A stretch of 64,000 nucleotides of DNA from Bugula neritina (taxonomy: Eukaryota > Animalia > Bryozoa). Both the position numbers and the translations under genes were made by a program. The notes beneath the pieces are model-generated. The model made no database searches, had not been told where the DNA came from, and was given only the letters and a program-made list of their open reading frames with translations. Of the stretch, positions 1 to 11,453 are shown one piece after another (position 1 is the stretch's first letter; every line of letters starts with the position of its first letter). Location: assembly GCA_964035545.1 (NCBI GenBank), contig OZ037769.1:16460633-16524632 (forward strand), given 5' to 3'.

Positions 1-102
1 AGGGCTGACACGCCCCCGGAGGCTGCCCAGAGCCTCCGCGCCAAACCTGTATGGGCTGGTAACGTTAGGGAGCTGCCGAAGCTCCAGGAATGCCTTCCTG
101 GG

Positions 103-1002
103 GTGGTAGCCGACGTGTACCGAGCGAAACAGGAGGGGCGACGACCCAGTAGTACACAACGGCGACAGGGATGCGCCGAGTTACGGCTGTACTGTCAACG
201 TTGGAGCTCTCTGCGGGTCGGGCCAGATGGTCTGCTAACCATGACCTTGGCCGCCAACAGCGGACAGCCAGCCAGGAAGAGGGTTGTCTGCCCAGTTGCC
301 ATCCGCCGGAAGTTGATACAAGACACCCACGAGGAGACTCACGGAGAAGTCCAAGGGGTGGTCACCAAGCTACAACTCCGGTGGTACTGGCCTAACATGG
401 AACGGGATATCCGACGCAGAGTGAGACGGTGCAAAGTCTGCCAGACCAACAAGCATAGCCGTCTCCCTGGTGAAGCGGGGCGGCAGACGCATTGTGCGAG
501 AAGGTCTCGGCAGGCGGAGACTGTCAACCTGGCCGGAAACACCTCCATGACACGTCAGGAAGACTTGGCGAGGCGAGAAAGGCCACTTCCGTCCTTGAAA
601 GTGCGCCCACCGCCCCCAACGTCAAGCCTGCCATCATCACCACTTCCGGAACCAGAAACAGGTCCGGAAGTGCAAAAACCCCCCGTGGGAGGGGCTCCGC
701 AAGGAGATGCCAACATAGGACCAGCACCACACACTAGGCAACTTCCAGCGTGTCTCAGAGACTGTGTACGTGACCGCGGTATAAGCGGCAGTAACAAAAG
801 TCTAGAGAGGCCTCGCATGGGAAAACAGGCAAAGAGCCGTGGGAGTTGTGATCACCACGAGAATCTCAACTTTTGCCTCGGCGGAATCTCACACGAGATT
901 CATCCGCTGGAAGTGAAAAGCCCTAGTCACGTTTCACAACCACGCTGTCCGGTCTTTTCCTATGTTGATGCAGTCGGGAGTAGACGTGCCAGTAAACAGT
1001 AA
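103..1002 (+). pseudogene. Degenerate pol remnant: integrase zinc-binding domain without a recognisable DDE core
   Basis: HEETH...LQLRWYWPNMERDIRRRVRRCKVCQ matches the Gypsy integrase HHCC region. The following 'ETVNLAGNTSMT' is a decayed start of the core, after which the sequence becomes Pro-rich with no DDE motif. Confidence 0.75.
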
Positions 1003-1025
1003 TCAGTTACCACTCTCATTCCAAA

Positions 1026-2078
1026 ATGTCTTACTATTCTGGATCGAAGGGTGAGTTAATTATGTTTTTGGTACGATAACTAGACTGCATCAGTCAGCTT
1101 AGCTACACTAGCTAGCTGGAGATTCGATAATGATAAACAGTGGTGGGAATACACGTCGACTTTGATTTTAAATAATCTGTCATAGCGAGTGTGTTCTCCA
1201 TCAACTATTCATTAGCCTGAATCTCACGAGTGTAACTGAACAGAGTACCGGTCAGGCTGTACACGCCGACGGTGTCTCAGTGTATAATCTTTAACACTGC
1301 TACTCTTTCAGATCACACTCGAGTGACCACCTCCCGGTCACGGGACCAGCCAACCTCTCTGTCTATGGAAGAAGAGCCTGTAATGGAGAATGGCATACCA
1401 GTAGTACTCCGCCGACGACACCGTTGGGTGTCACCCACGACAGAGAGGAGAATTGAAGAAGCCTGGGGACCCAGTGGACCACACCGAACCTGCCAGGTCT
1501 GCTTTGAGGAGTGTCCGTCGCACCGCTCCTTGCGGTTACATGTAGATGCCCATTTCCTACTCCACTTCTGTCCCTGCGGGTTCCACGACGTCTACCCGTA
1601 TCCCGTGACAGTACATAAGCTAAGCTGCTTCGCCGGAGAGAACCACACTGTTGATGAAGACAGTTTCCCCCTATACCTGGATGCCATCAAGCCAGTCATC
1701 AGGAAGGCTATTACCCTGGCCGCACTAACGTCAGGGTTTCACGTACTGTTACTATCTGCCCGCCATAAGTCCCCTATGGTTCAGGGCCCACCTCCTACCC
1801 CCGTCAACCCCAGCAACACCCCAGAAGTAGAAGAAACAACCATATCCCGTATAACGGAGACCCCTATAACCCCACCAAGGCCTAGCCAGCTGGCTAACGT
1901 AGAAGAGCGGCTTCTAAGACTGCAAGCCGAGTTCACACAACTTGCCCCTGACTTGCTGGATACGACGACAGGTCTATACCAGTTGAAAGACTCAGTGGGA
2001 CGACTGAAGAGGCGGCTACGGGCCCGACAGGCTCGACACAGAGCACGGTCGCTACAAGAAGCAGAGTCCAACCAATGA
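1026..2078 (+). CDS. Retrotransposon accessory protein, two predicted exons (1026-1050, 1312-2078): C2H2 and C2HC zinc fingers plus a C-terminal basic coiled coil
   Basis: ATG at 1026, donor AAGG|GTGAGT at 1051 and acceptor TACTCTTTCAG| at 1311 join in frame with ORF 1272..2078. Motifs C-x2-C-x12-H-x3-H and C-x-C-x12-H-x3-C are present, followed by leucine heptads in LANVEERLLRLQAEF...LKRRLRAR. Confidence 0.65.
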
Positions 2079-2357
2079 GAATGCCTGGGGTAGGCACCTT
2101 CGTTGAGCTATAGCTCGTTTAGGATGTGACGAGCGCCCCGACATTGGCCCGCGTGCTGGTAAGCACCCTCTCTCTTAATAGCTGACTAGATGTGTGTGAT
2201 CGATCACCCTGTTGTCTTCTAATGTAAACGTTGTCGTGTTTAACTATTTCTTTTCTTACTCTTTGTGGGTTTACTTATGAATATTTCCTTTTTGGATTAT
2301 TGTATGGTTTTTCATTATGTTTTTTTATTGTGTTATCAGAAAGTAGGGCTTTCTGCT

Positions 2358-2368
2358 GGGGGGGACGG
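2358..2368 (+). other. Polypurine tract
   Basis: GGGGGGGACGG lies immediately before the LTR-initial TG. Confidence 0.75.
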
Positions 2369-2720
2369 TGTAGTGAGTAGTGCAAGTACAAATACAGGAA
2401 TCGCCCTCTCCCTATTCTTGGAATACTTAGACTCTTATGTAGCAACCAATTAGCAGCTCCGGAAGATATGCTTCCGAGTCACGTGACACTTCCCGGGTTA
2501 TTAACATTATATCACGTTGTTGTAAGCGGAGGCTTGTAGAAGTAACATGTGTTAGTAGTTGACTCTTGTATAGGATAATTTGATGTGATGTTTGGTTTAT
2601 GCTTTATTGTGGATAATAAATATAATTACTCGACAGCTACCCTAGTAATTGATAACAGAATAACCAGCTAACTATACGCAAGTAAATAACTCACGCTCAG
2701 TAATTACACAAATTACTACA
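2369..2720 (+). repeat. 3' LTR (352 bp)
   Basis: Begins TGTAGT and ends ACTACA (6-bp inverted termini), contains AATAAA at 2615-2620, and follows the PPT. The partner LTR is not visible. Confidence 0.75.
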
Positions 2721-3809
2721 CAGTGACACTGACATACTCAAAGTCCTAGCTATTACAGTATTACTATTACTATAAGGTCTAAAACAATATTTACATCATT
2801 TCAACATTAAGTAAACTTTAAAACTATTCAACTTAGTACTTTGTCATACTCATACGCCCTGCTCTAACTCATAGTGATACTGATCAGTGATCAGTCCTAC
2901 TCATACTGACTCTGAGAGCGAGTCTGACAGTCACACTCACAAGCCAAGAGTTCTTTAGAGCTAAGTCAAATCTATAATTGTTCCAGTAATAAGAGCAACT
3001 AAATAAGGAACTCGTAACTAAAAAAGCCTTATGAGTATAAGATAAAAACAATACTCAAATGTAGTTCTGAAGCAACTTTCTCAACTGCAAAGACGTGTGA
3101 AATTATCAAAGCCCTGACCTAGCGAGAAATCATTCAGACTGCAGTTATTTTCCGGAATGGGACAATCGGAAGACCCCCTCCGTGATTATTCTAATGCAGC
3201 GAGAACCTATTCAATCTCATCGGCTGCTGTACGGAATTACCCCAACAGCAGCCATTTGCAAGTCAGCTATCTCAATGTAAGCGGATTCTGTTACTATACA
3301 AATAAAATTCAACGCAGGAGCGTTGAACCATACCAACAGCTTTAAAATGTGTGGAGCCACTTCAACATACCAGTTTATCAACATTACGTGCAAAACGTGA
3401 TAATTATTTTCTTTGGTTGTTTGAATGCTATTTTGGTGATTTTTATTTTTAGGCATTACTTGAGCCTGTTATTTTTTACAGAGAAATACTATATATTATG
3501 TTGATGAGATAACAAGGCAGTTTTAAACTAACACAAAGCATAGTTTTATTTTTTGCACAACAGTGTATCTGCAGCCATCATTATAAAATTACACAAAATG
3601 CACTGTGTAAAATTCTTTGAGTTGAAAGATGAAGTATCAACAAAAAACATTAAAAATATAAAGATTCACACCATCAGAGTAGAGGATATATAAGAGAGGA
3701 TGGATGCTATGTACAATGAGAAGGTAGTAGTATTAGTAGTAGTAGTAGTAGTCAAAGTGAATATGGAGTCATCTATATATACAGAGCCACAGAGAGCAAG
3801 TCTACACAT

Positions 3810-6527
3810 TTAGAACATGCCACCACGACCACCTCTGCCGCCTCCTCTACCACGACCACCACCTCTGAATCCTCTGCCACCGCCAGATCCTCCTCGGCCA
3901 CCAAAGCCTCCTCTACCGCCACCTCCGCGGCCACCACGGAATCCTGCAATATGACAGCACACATGAGACAACAAGCAAACAGCTGGAGTAAATAAAAGCA
4001 ACACCAGAATTTCGTAAGTATTAATAGATAAGCCTAGATACTGACCTCCACGGCCACCACCGCCTCCTCTGCCGCCGCCTCCACGGCCACCACCACCTCG
4101 GGGACGAGCCATCTCCACGTTGTAATCGTTGCCATTTATGTGCACGGGGCTGCCCTTAATACACTCATCAGCTTCCTCTTTGGTCTTGAAGGTGAGGAAG
4201 GCAATCATCTTAGAGTCAAGACAGAAAACCTCGCTGGCACCTGTGGCTTCCTGGATTTCTTCCTTGGACAGTTGGCAGCCAAACATGGCCACCCTAGTAC
4301 CAGCATCCTCGGCACCGCCGCGCTGGGGCTTGTTGCCAGCCTCATCAATCTTCAGCGTGTTGCCTTCCATCTCAGTGCCGTTGAGGGCCAGAGCCTTTTC
4401 CTTGTCACCCGGGTTGGCCAGGGAGGCGTGTGCGAAGCTAATAAATACAACCAGTTATAACAACCAAGAGACAAGACTGGTCATCATACAAACCACTGAA
4501 ATCATTACGAAAGGAACACTCACTTTTTAAAACTCTTGGAGCGTATCTCCTGTAGTGTGATGCCGTGTTCAGCAAAAAACTCTGTGATCTTAGACTCTCT
4601 GTCACCATCGTCATCAGGCAGGTTACCAATGAACAGGGATACCTCTTCGCCTGGAGCTGCTGCTCTAGCAGGGACAGTTTTGCCTTTATTTGATGTGATT
4701 TTCATTTCTTCCTCTTCTTCACTTTCTTCTTCCTCTTCCTCACTTTCTTCTTCGGCAGCTGCTGCCTGTTTGGGTGTCTCTTCCTCACTCTCCTCCTCAC
4801 TTTCCTCCTCTTCTTCCTCCCCCTCGTCACTCTCTTCATCGTCCTCTTCAACAGCAGCTGCCTTGCCGTTCTTAGCTGCAGATTTACCGTTCTTCACGGC
4901 TGGGGCAACCTCTTCTTCCCCGTCACTCTCCTGTAATAACATTTCTTGTAACTTTGCACAAGTTATGTGAACAATCAATACTACTAGCATGCATTTTCAC
5001 ACGAAAACCTAAGCATTAAAAAGATTCAACATTTTAACCCCGGATCAGCTAACAGTGTAAGCAGTTTTGCACTCAAGAGAAAACTATTGTATGTGCTCAC
5101 CTCTTCCTCGGAGAGCTCTGCATCATCACTCTCCTCTACAAAACAGATTAGTTACAGCGGTTACAGCAGTTGACATGCCAAGAACAGAAGGGACAACTAT
5201 GAATGCTAGCCACACTACTGTATGTCCTACTAACCTTCTTCAGAGGGCTCTGGTTCAGGCTCGGGAACTTTCTTTTGTTTCTTGGTGGGAGGTGCTGCAA
5301 CTTTCTTGGCCTTTCTTTTAGCTGGTTGAGGGACAACCTGAGAAGAATGAGCATAATATAACCATCATATAACAGCAGAGCACACGGCACAATACTGGAG
5401 ATGAGTTATATAGAACAGAACTTACCGGCATTTCCTCCTCAGACTCTTCTGGCTCTACAGCTTTAGCTACAGGCTTAGCTTTCCCCTTTTTACCCTTTGG
5501 GGTGGCAACAGGCGTAGCAGGCTAACAACAAAAGGAGCACATGTTAACAACCAGCAATGGTAGTCGCACTACCGGCAAATCACAGGCTACCACTGAACGC
5601 TGGCTACCCGCTAAACTCATTCGACGCCCGAATGAGTTGCACTCACTAGACGTGAATGCATATGTGCAAAGACCAGCCAAGCCTGACCGAATCAAAACGC
5701 AATAAACCATCAGCGCACTGGTTTATAAGGTGTCAACACAGTTGATACCAATATCACCGCAAGCAAATAGTTCAATAGATTGTGCAATGGCCAAATCAAA
5801 CCAAGCAACAATCTCCCGCAATCATACGCAAGGGTTGCTGAATCATTTCAGACCCAAAATCATGTTGCTAGCGCAAGTATAGGCAACATGGTATTCACAT
5901 ATTCGTTTGGTTAAAGACAGGTTTGAGGAAAAGTCCTTCTTCCAGTCACAAACAGAATAGCTACAACCAGGCCACCTACAATAATAAAGTAGGGATTCAA
6001 TTTAATTGAAAAATAAAAAAAATTTAAAATCGCAATAACATTTAACATGAAGTAGTAGTACTAGTAGCCACATGGAAAATGGAAGTAGGTTAACATAACC
6101 CAGCTTTACTCAACAAAATTTAAATAATTTTTGGTAAAAAGTATTTAGATGTTTTTAAGGATTCCGGGAAAATGTGGGTACGAGAGACTGAGCAATGATT
6201 TTGAGTTTAACACTGACGGTGCTTGAAACAACTCACTCTTCATTGAAGAGTCTTAAATGTTTGAAGATCATGAATGAATTATTTGTTTCAGTAGTAGCCC
6301 AGTTTGAAAAATTAGATTAAAAGATATATGATTAAAATATAGTTTTGAAGTTAACTCAGGTCGAACTTAATAATTTGTTTGTTTGCATGTTTGCTATGCG
6401 TATGACTACACCTTCTTTAACAGCCGAATAAATATTCAGTGAATTGTAATATTACTATTAGTTAAACTCATTAAAATAAGTTGTATAATGTTCAACTTAC
6501 CGCTTTTGTAGTGGGTTTCTTGACCAT
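3810..6527 (-). CDS. NCL: Nucleolin/Nsr1-like protein (acidic N-terminus, 2 RRMs, RGG tail); exons 6527-6501, 5521-5426, 5337-5235, 5135-5101, 4930-4524, 4437-4046, 3943-3810
   Basis: Starts MVKKPTTKA, then a bipartite NLS-like KRKAKK...KKQKK, Glu/Ser tracts, RNP2 SLFIGNL, a second RRM (IAFLTF) and an RGG/FRGG tail. All GT-AG junctions are phase-compatible. Confidence 0.85.
5522..5975 (-). other. Hairpin-rich intronic segment between a cryptic upstream acceptor and the exon 2 acceptor of the nucleolin-like gene (candidate regulatory RNA or poison-exon extension)
   Basis: Perfect or near-perfect stems at 5559-5573, 5614-5638, 5639-5659, 5702-5726, 5729-5749 and 5861-5890. An acceptor-like TTATTGTAG| ends at 5976. 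Confidence 0.4.
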
Positions 6528-7090
6528 TTTGAGGTTAGATGTATCTGAGTAGAGCAAGAATAACACGTCTTACTAGCAGCTGTGTGTGAATCGCAAAAGG
6601 ACTTGCTAGAACTACACTTTTAGCACCAGTTATTTGTATACAAATTTTGTAAGTGATTTTTTGTAACGAATAGTCTATTTTCGGACTATAAAAGCACATG
6701 GTTGATGTGCAAACTATCTTAAAATTTGAATATACGGCACCGTAAAAAAGTTTATTAAAAAAAATTGATAGTAATGAAAAAGGTTTTTTATTAAAAAAAA
6801 CAACACATTTTTGTTAAACTAATAAAGATGAAAACACTAAAATAAACATTTTCAAAGTTGTCCTTTCATCGATCCAAGTTCATCAATCGGCATTCAACTT
6901 CTCGGGCGAAGTCCCTTTCAAACACCGGTTTCCGTTGTTTCTTAGTTGGTGTTAAACCTAAATTTCTTTTATATTATAATTATTATTCATATATTTTTTA
7001 CAATACATCACTGCAAAAAGTTCTTCCGAATTGGAAGTCTTTACATTATTGGCAAGGAAGTCAAAGATTAGTTTGTGAAGTTACTTTGCC
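6528..7090. promoter_or_regulatory. Probable bidirectional promoter shared by the nucleolin-like gene and UQCRC2
   Basis: The divergent ATGs (6527 and 7091) are only 563 bp apart. Confidence 0.6.
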
Positions 7091-10000
7091 ATGGCTCAGA
7101 GGATTGCTACGAGAGCCTTGCAGGTAAGTAAAATAAAAAGTTAATATTTATATTAATTGAATTTAAAAATAAATTATTCATACTAATTCAGTAATTGCTA
7201 TAAGTATAAGTATAGTTATACTTGTTTATAAATTCTAAACAGAAAAAGTTGTAGTATTACTAGTTTCTGTTTCTGTATTCTAATTGTGCAATTCATTGAA
7301 AGTCATTCAAGTCATGCCCAAAAGAGTGAAGATTTCACAAGTTTTATTTTTGTAGCAGTAGTTATATTTAAACTCAGATCGCCTTGTCTGTTTTTAGACA
7401 AGGTTATACAGTGCTTCAATTGGCACTAGTGCCTCTCCAGCCACAGCTTTGCCTGCCTCTCAACTGGTGGTAAGTATAGCTGTAAAGATATCTTTCAAGT
7501 AGGAATTGTATTCACAACGTGTAGAATTTAAAATTAGTATAAATGCCAATTCAACATAGAACTGTTTACTGTCAGCATAGGTTGTATAACTCGTTTGCTG
7601 GCAGGTGGCAAAAGCTAGGAATGGAATTCAAGTTGCTACGGAAGAGAATGACTCATCGCTCTCCCGAGTTGTCTGTGCGGTCAAGGCCGGCTCCCGATAT
7701 GAAGACTCGCAGCAGAGAGGTGTGACCCACTGCCTTCGAGTCACTGCGGATCTCACGCAGAGACAAACTCGCACATTCAGACTTGTTCGCGAGTTGCACC
7801 AGATGGGCGGTAGCATCACGTAAGTTCTGAGAGGTCATTGTATTTTGTTTGTCTTTGGTCACATTGACACTGTAGCTGCACATCTTATGGTCACATTGAC
7901 ACTGTAGGTGCACATATTATACTGACATTGACACTGTAGGTGCACGACGTCAAGAGAGCATATCCTGTACACACTGGAAGTGCCGAGACAGCTGGTGGGG
8001 TCAGCGCTGCCTCTCCTCACTGGGGCAGCATTCAACCAGTCCTTCAGACCCTGGGAGATTGGAGACACTCTGCCGAGACTGGAGTACGAGCTGCTGGCCC
8101 TCTCTGAGCAGCCAGACAAACGTATGTCTGCGTGCTTTCTGTACTCTATATATACTCTATACTCTCTGTATACTCTCTGTATACTCTGTATACTCTACTC
8201 TGTATACTCTGTATACTCTGTATACTCTGTATACTCTGTATACTCTGTATACTCTGTATACTCTACTCTGTATACTCTACTCTGTATACTCTGTATACTC
8301 TACACTGTATACTCTGTATACTCTACACTGTATACTCTGTGTACTCTGTGTACTCTGTATACTCTACTCTGTATACTCTACTCTGTATACTCTACTCTGT
8401 ATACTCTACTCTGTATACTCTACTCTGTATACTCTACTCTGTATACTCTACTCTGTATACTCTACTCTGTATACTCTACACTGTATACTCTACACTGTAT
8501 ACTCTACACTGTATACTCTACTCTGTATACTCTACTCTGTATACTCTACTCTGTATACTCTACTCTGTATACTCTACTCTGTATACTCTACTCTGTATAC
8601 TCTACTCTGTATACTATATACTCTACCCTGTATACTCTACTATATACTCTGTATTATACTTTCTGCTTTGTATACTATATATACTCTATATCCTCTACTC
8701 TATATCATCTATTCTATAACATCTATTCTATAACATTAGAAGTTAAGATTTAAAGAATATACCAAAATTTCAGAGTACAACCAGATTGCTAAAGCATAAG
8801 TTTATATCCCATAATGCACTACTCATATCTCTATTCTACCCCTCAGTTTGTGCGAGACTCTCATAAGATATTCTCTCCATCCAGGTGTCGTAGAAAAAGC
8901 TCACGAAGCAGCCTACAGACAGTCTGGGTTGGGGCGGTCTCTCTACGCCCCGTACTTCCAAGTCGGCCAGTTTAACTCCGACATGTTGAAGGAGTATGTA
9001 GGCAAGTACTTCACCTCCGACAGGATCAGCTTCGCTGGCTCTGGACTGGACCACTCGCTGCTGCTAGACGCTGCCAACAACCTAGAGGTCAAGGCCTCTG
9101 AGGTGCCAGCTCAGCCCGCTGCCAGATATCACGGCGGAGAGATACGAGAGGAGTCTGAGGACCTGCTAGCCTACTCCATGCTGGTCGGGGAGGGGGCCAG
9201 GTAACGCCCGCATTTCTCTTACTTGTCAGCTGGTACTAAGGCTTTCTCAGAGACGGTCTAGCGTTTATTAGAATAGTATATCAAATAATATAGTAATATA
9301 TAATATCGTGTGTAGATAATATGTACAGATATTTTACTAGATTAGCATACAAATCTGTTGTACTGTATGTTATATTGTGTAACATAACTCATAGGTATGT
9401 AAGATGCTCTGCTTTGTTGTTGTAAGTTCAGAGTACCGTCAGATTTACTCATTTTCTAGCTGCACAGGAAGTGATGTAATGGCCTTTGCTGCGCTGGAGC
9501 AGCTGCTGGGTGCCGCACCTCAGATCCGGTGGGCGTCAAACGTCACGTCCAACAGAATGAACGCAGCTCTGACTCAGAAGACGTCTGAACCCTTCAACGT
9601 GAGTCTACAGCGGCAGCCGAACAGGAAATGCTGCTGCACCATATCCTCTCTATTACAGTATCTCGACAACTTGTTAAACACATCTGAATAGTAGTTTAGA
9701 TCATGCACCTGGGTGTTTCTGTAGTACTAGCTCACAATACTGCATGTTGGTGTAAGCTGCATAGTCTGGGGATGAGTTTTAGCCCTGTGCTCTGAATACA
9801 TAGTGAAGGAATTTGCGGGCATGTCAGACTTTATAGCCTAAGTTCATTCTCTGACTAGCATGTCAGAGTTTGTCTGTCAAATATTCATCATTCACTCTCT
9901 AAGAAGCTGTGGAAGTTGACTTATACGTGTGCGTGTAGTTTCCATATTGGAAGAAAACATTAACTTACATCATTGTGATCAGTATTCACCACTAGTTCAG

Positions 10001-11043
10001 CACGTAGCAGACTAGTATTGTTTATAAGCAGTACATTCAACTGTTTTAATACTCTATTCTGTTGTGTTGTGTTATACGCCATCTGGTGGTCGTCTTTCAG
10101 CTCCAGTCCTTCAACGTCAACTACTCCGACAGCGGCATATTTGGAGTCAGCGCTGTCACAGTTCCTGAGAACAGTGACGTCGTGATAAAGACGGCAGTAG
10201 AGCAGCTCAGAGCTCTTGCTGACACCCCAGTTGATGCCGTGGCGCTCCAAGGAGCCAAGTAAGATGTTACCTGCATATAGTATAGTTATCTGCAGATAGT
10301 ATAGTTATCTGCATATAGTATAGTTATCTGCAGATAGTTTAGTTATCTGCAGATAGTATAGTTATCTGCATATAGTTTAGTTATCTGCAGATAGTATAGT
10401 TATCCGCAGATAGTATAGTTATCTGCAGATAGCATAGTTATCTGCATATAGTGTATATTGTGTTACATAGGAACAGAGTGAAGGCCACCATTGCCTTCCA
10501 GGAGGAGTGTCCTAGTGACGTTGTGTACTCCAGAGCCATCCAGTTGCTGACTAAAGGCAGTCTCACTGACCTCAAATCTACCCTCTCCGCTGTCGATGCT
10601 GTCACTGCTGCCGATGTACAACAGGTTAGCAACTCCCTTCTGTCTGTTCACAACATGGGAAGACAACTCACAATAGTTCTAAATGTAAATAACACTGGCT
10701 GTAAACTATCAGCTCTGAACTGACTTATGCCGACTCATGATTGTACAGTATGCTGCTATTTCTTAGTATCACAGTCATTGCTTTCTTTCTGACTGAACAA
10801 TCATGGTTTATTTTGAACTTCTCTCTTCCTGAAACTTGCTTACCCAAAACGCCTCGGACACTACTATTTGTTGTTCCTACACCCCTTGCACCTACACCCC
10901 TTGTATTTACACCTCTTTTATCAACTCCCCCTGTACTACAAGTCTTTAAATTGTTGTAGGCTGCCAAGAAAACGCTGTCGAGTAAGCTGTCGCTGGTCTC
11001 CATCGGGGAGATAGAGAATGTGCCGTACGTAGCTGACTTGTAA
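7091..11043 (+). CDS. UQCRC2: Cytochrome b-c1 complex core subunit 2; exons 7091-7123, 7398-7469, 7605-7819, 7940-8121, 8885-9200, 9460-9598, 10101-10258, 10471-10624, 10960-11043
   Basis: M16 peptidase-fold motifs KAGSRYE..GVTHCLR (no HxxEH) and SFNVNYSDSGIFG, C-terminus AAKKTLSSKLSLVSIGEIENVPYVADL, and an Arg-containing mitochondrial presequence-like N-terminus. Confidence 0.9.
7857..7945 (+). repeat. 32-bp tandem repeat x3 containing the exon 4 acceptor junction
   Basis: ACATTGACACTGTAG|(G/C)TGCAC recurs with AGs ending at 7875, 7907 and 7939. Confidence 0.85.
8140..8700 (+). repeat. Intronic micro/minisatellite of TATACTCTG and TATACTCTACTCTG units
   Basis: Directly visible 9- and 14-bp units in UQCRC2 intron 4. 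Confidence 0.95.
10268..10452 (+). repeat. 19-bp minisatellite (TTATCTGCAGATAGTATAG) filling UQCRC2 intron 7
   Basis: About 9-10 tandem units. Confidence 0.9.
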
Positions 11044-11453
11044 AATGGCGAGAGTTGGTGAAGAGCGAAACTGTAGAGAAATATTCAAAGAGACACTTTG
11101 TGGATTATACTTTATTTTACGTTGTGTAATAATACAGATCATTATATTAAAATGTACCAGTTTGTGTTTTTTACAAATAAATTATTTGAAAAATTAAAAT
11201 GCATATTTATATATTTGGTTAATGGATGAGATAAAGTAACAGAATATTATGTGATACTATGCTGTTGAAATTTGATATTTGGAATGTGAGAGATGCAGAG
11301 ATCCGAAGCAATATTTGTTCTTCCCAACAGTTGAGCATACAACATGTGACGTACATCACAGGAAACACAGCGTCACATACCTACTTGCGACAATCCCACG
11401 AGCAAATTTAAATTAAATATATAATAAACAATCACTGATCTAGTTACTCCAGC

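Larger units (their letters stand above)
1..2720 (+). mobile_element. 3' portion of a Ty3/Gypsy-type LTR retrotransposon (internally deleted pol, accessory ORF, PPT, 3' LTR); 5' part lies outside the window
   Basis: Integrase H2C2 zinc-binding motif in ORF 103..1002, followed by an extra ORF, a purine tract GGGGGGGACGG (2358-2368) and then TGTAGT...ACTACA (2369-2720). Confidence 0.85.

Noticed and set aside
1272-2078. Retroviral env gene
   Set aside because: It has no signal peptide or TM segment, and carries zinc fingers instead.
4438-4523. C-box-like ATGATGA in a nucleolin intron suggesting a C/D snoRNA
   Set aside because: There is no downstream CTGA D box and the intron is only 86 nt.
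4129-4970. Plus-strand ORFs overlapping nucleolin
   Set aside because: They are antisense shadows of acidic and RRM exons.
5522-5990. Telomerase RNA or RNase P/MRP identity for the structured intron segment
   Set aside because: There is no CTAACCCT-type template. The GAGGAAAAGTCC word is on the opposite strand near the end and has no matching P4 partner.
7980-8753. Long ORFs rich in YSV/LYT/LCI
   Set aside because: They are translations of the intronic TATACTCTG satellite. Only 7940-8121 is exon.
7091-11043. MPP alpha or beta assignment
   Set aside because: There is no HxxEH motif or glycine-rich loop, and the C-terminal motifs fit core protein 2.
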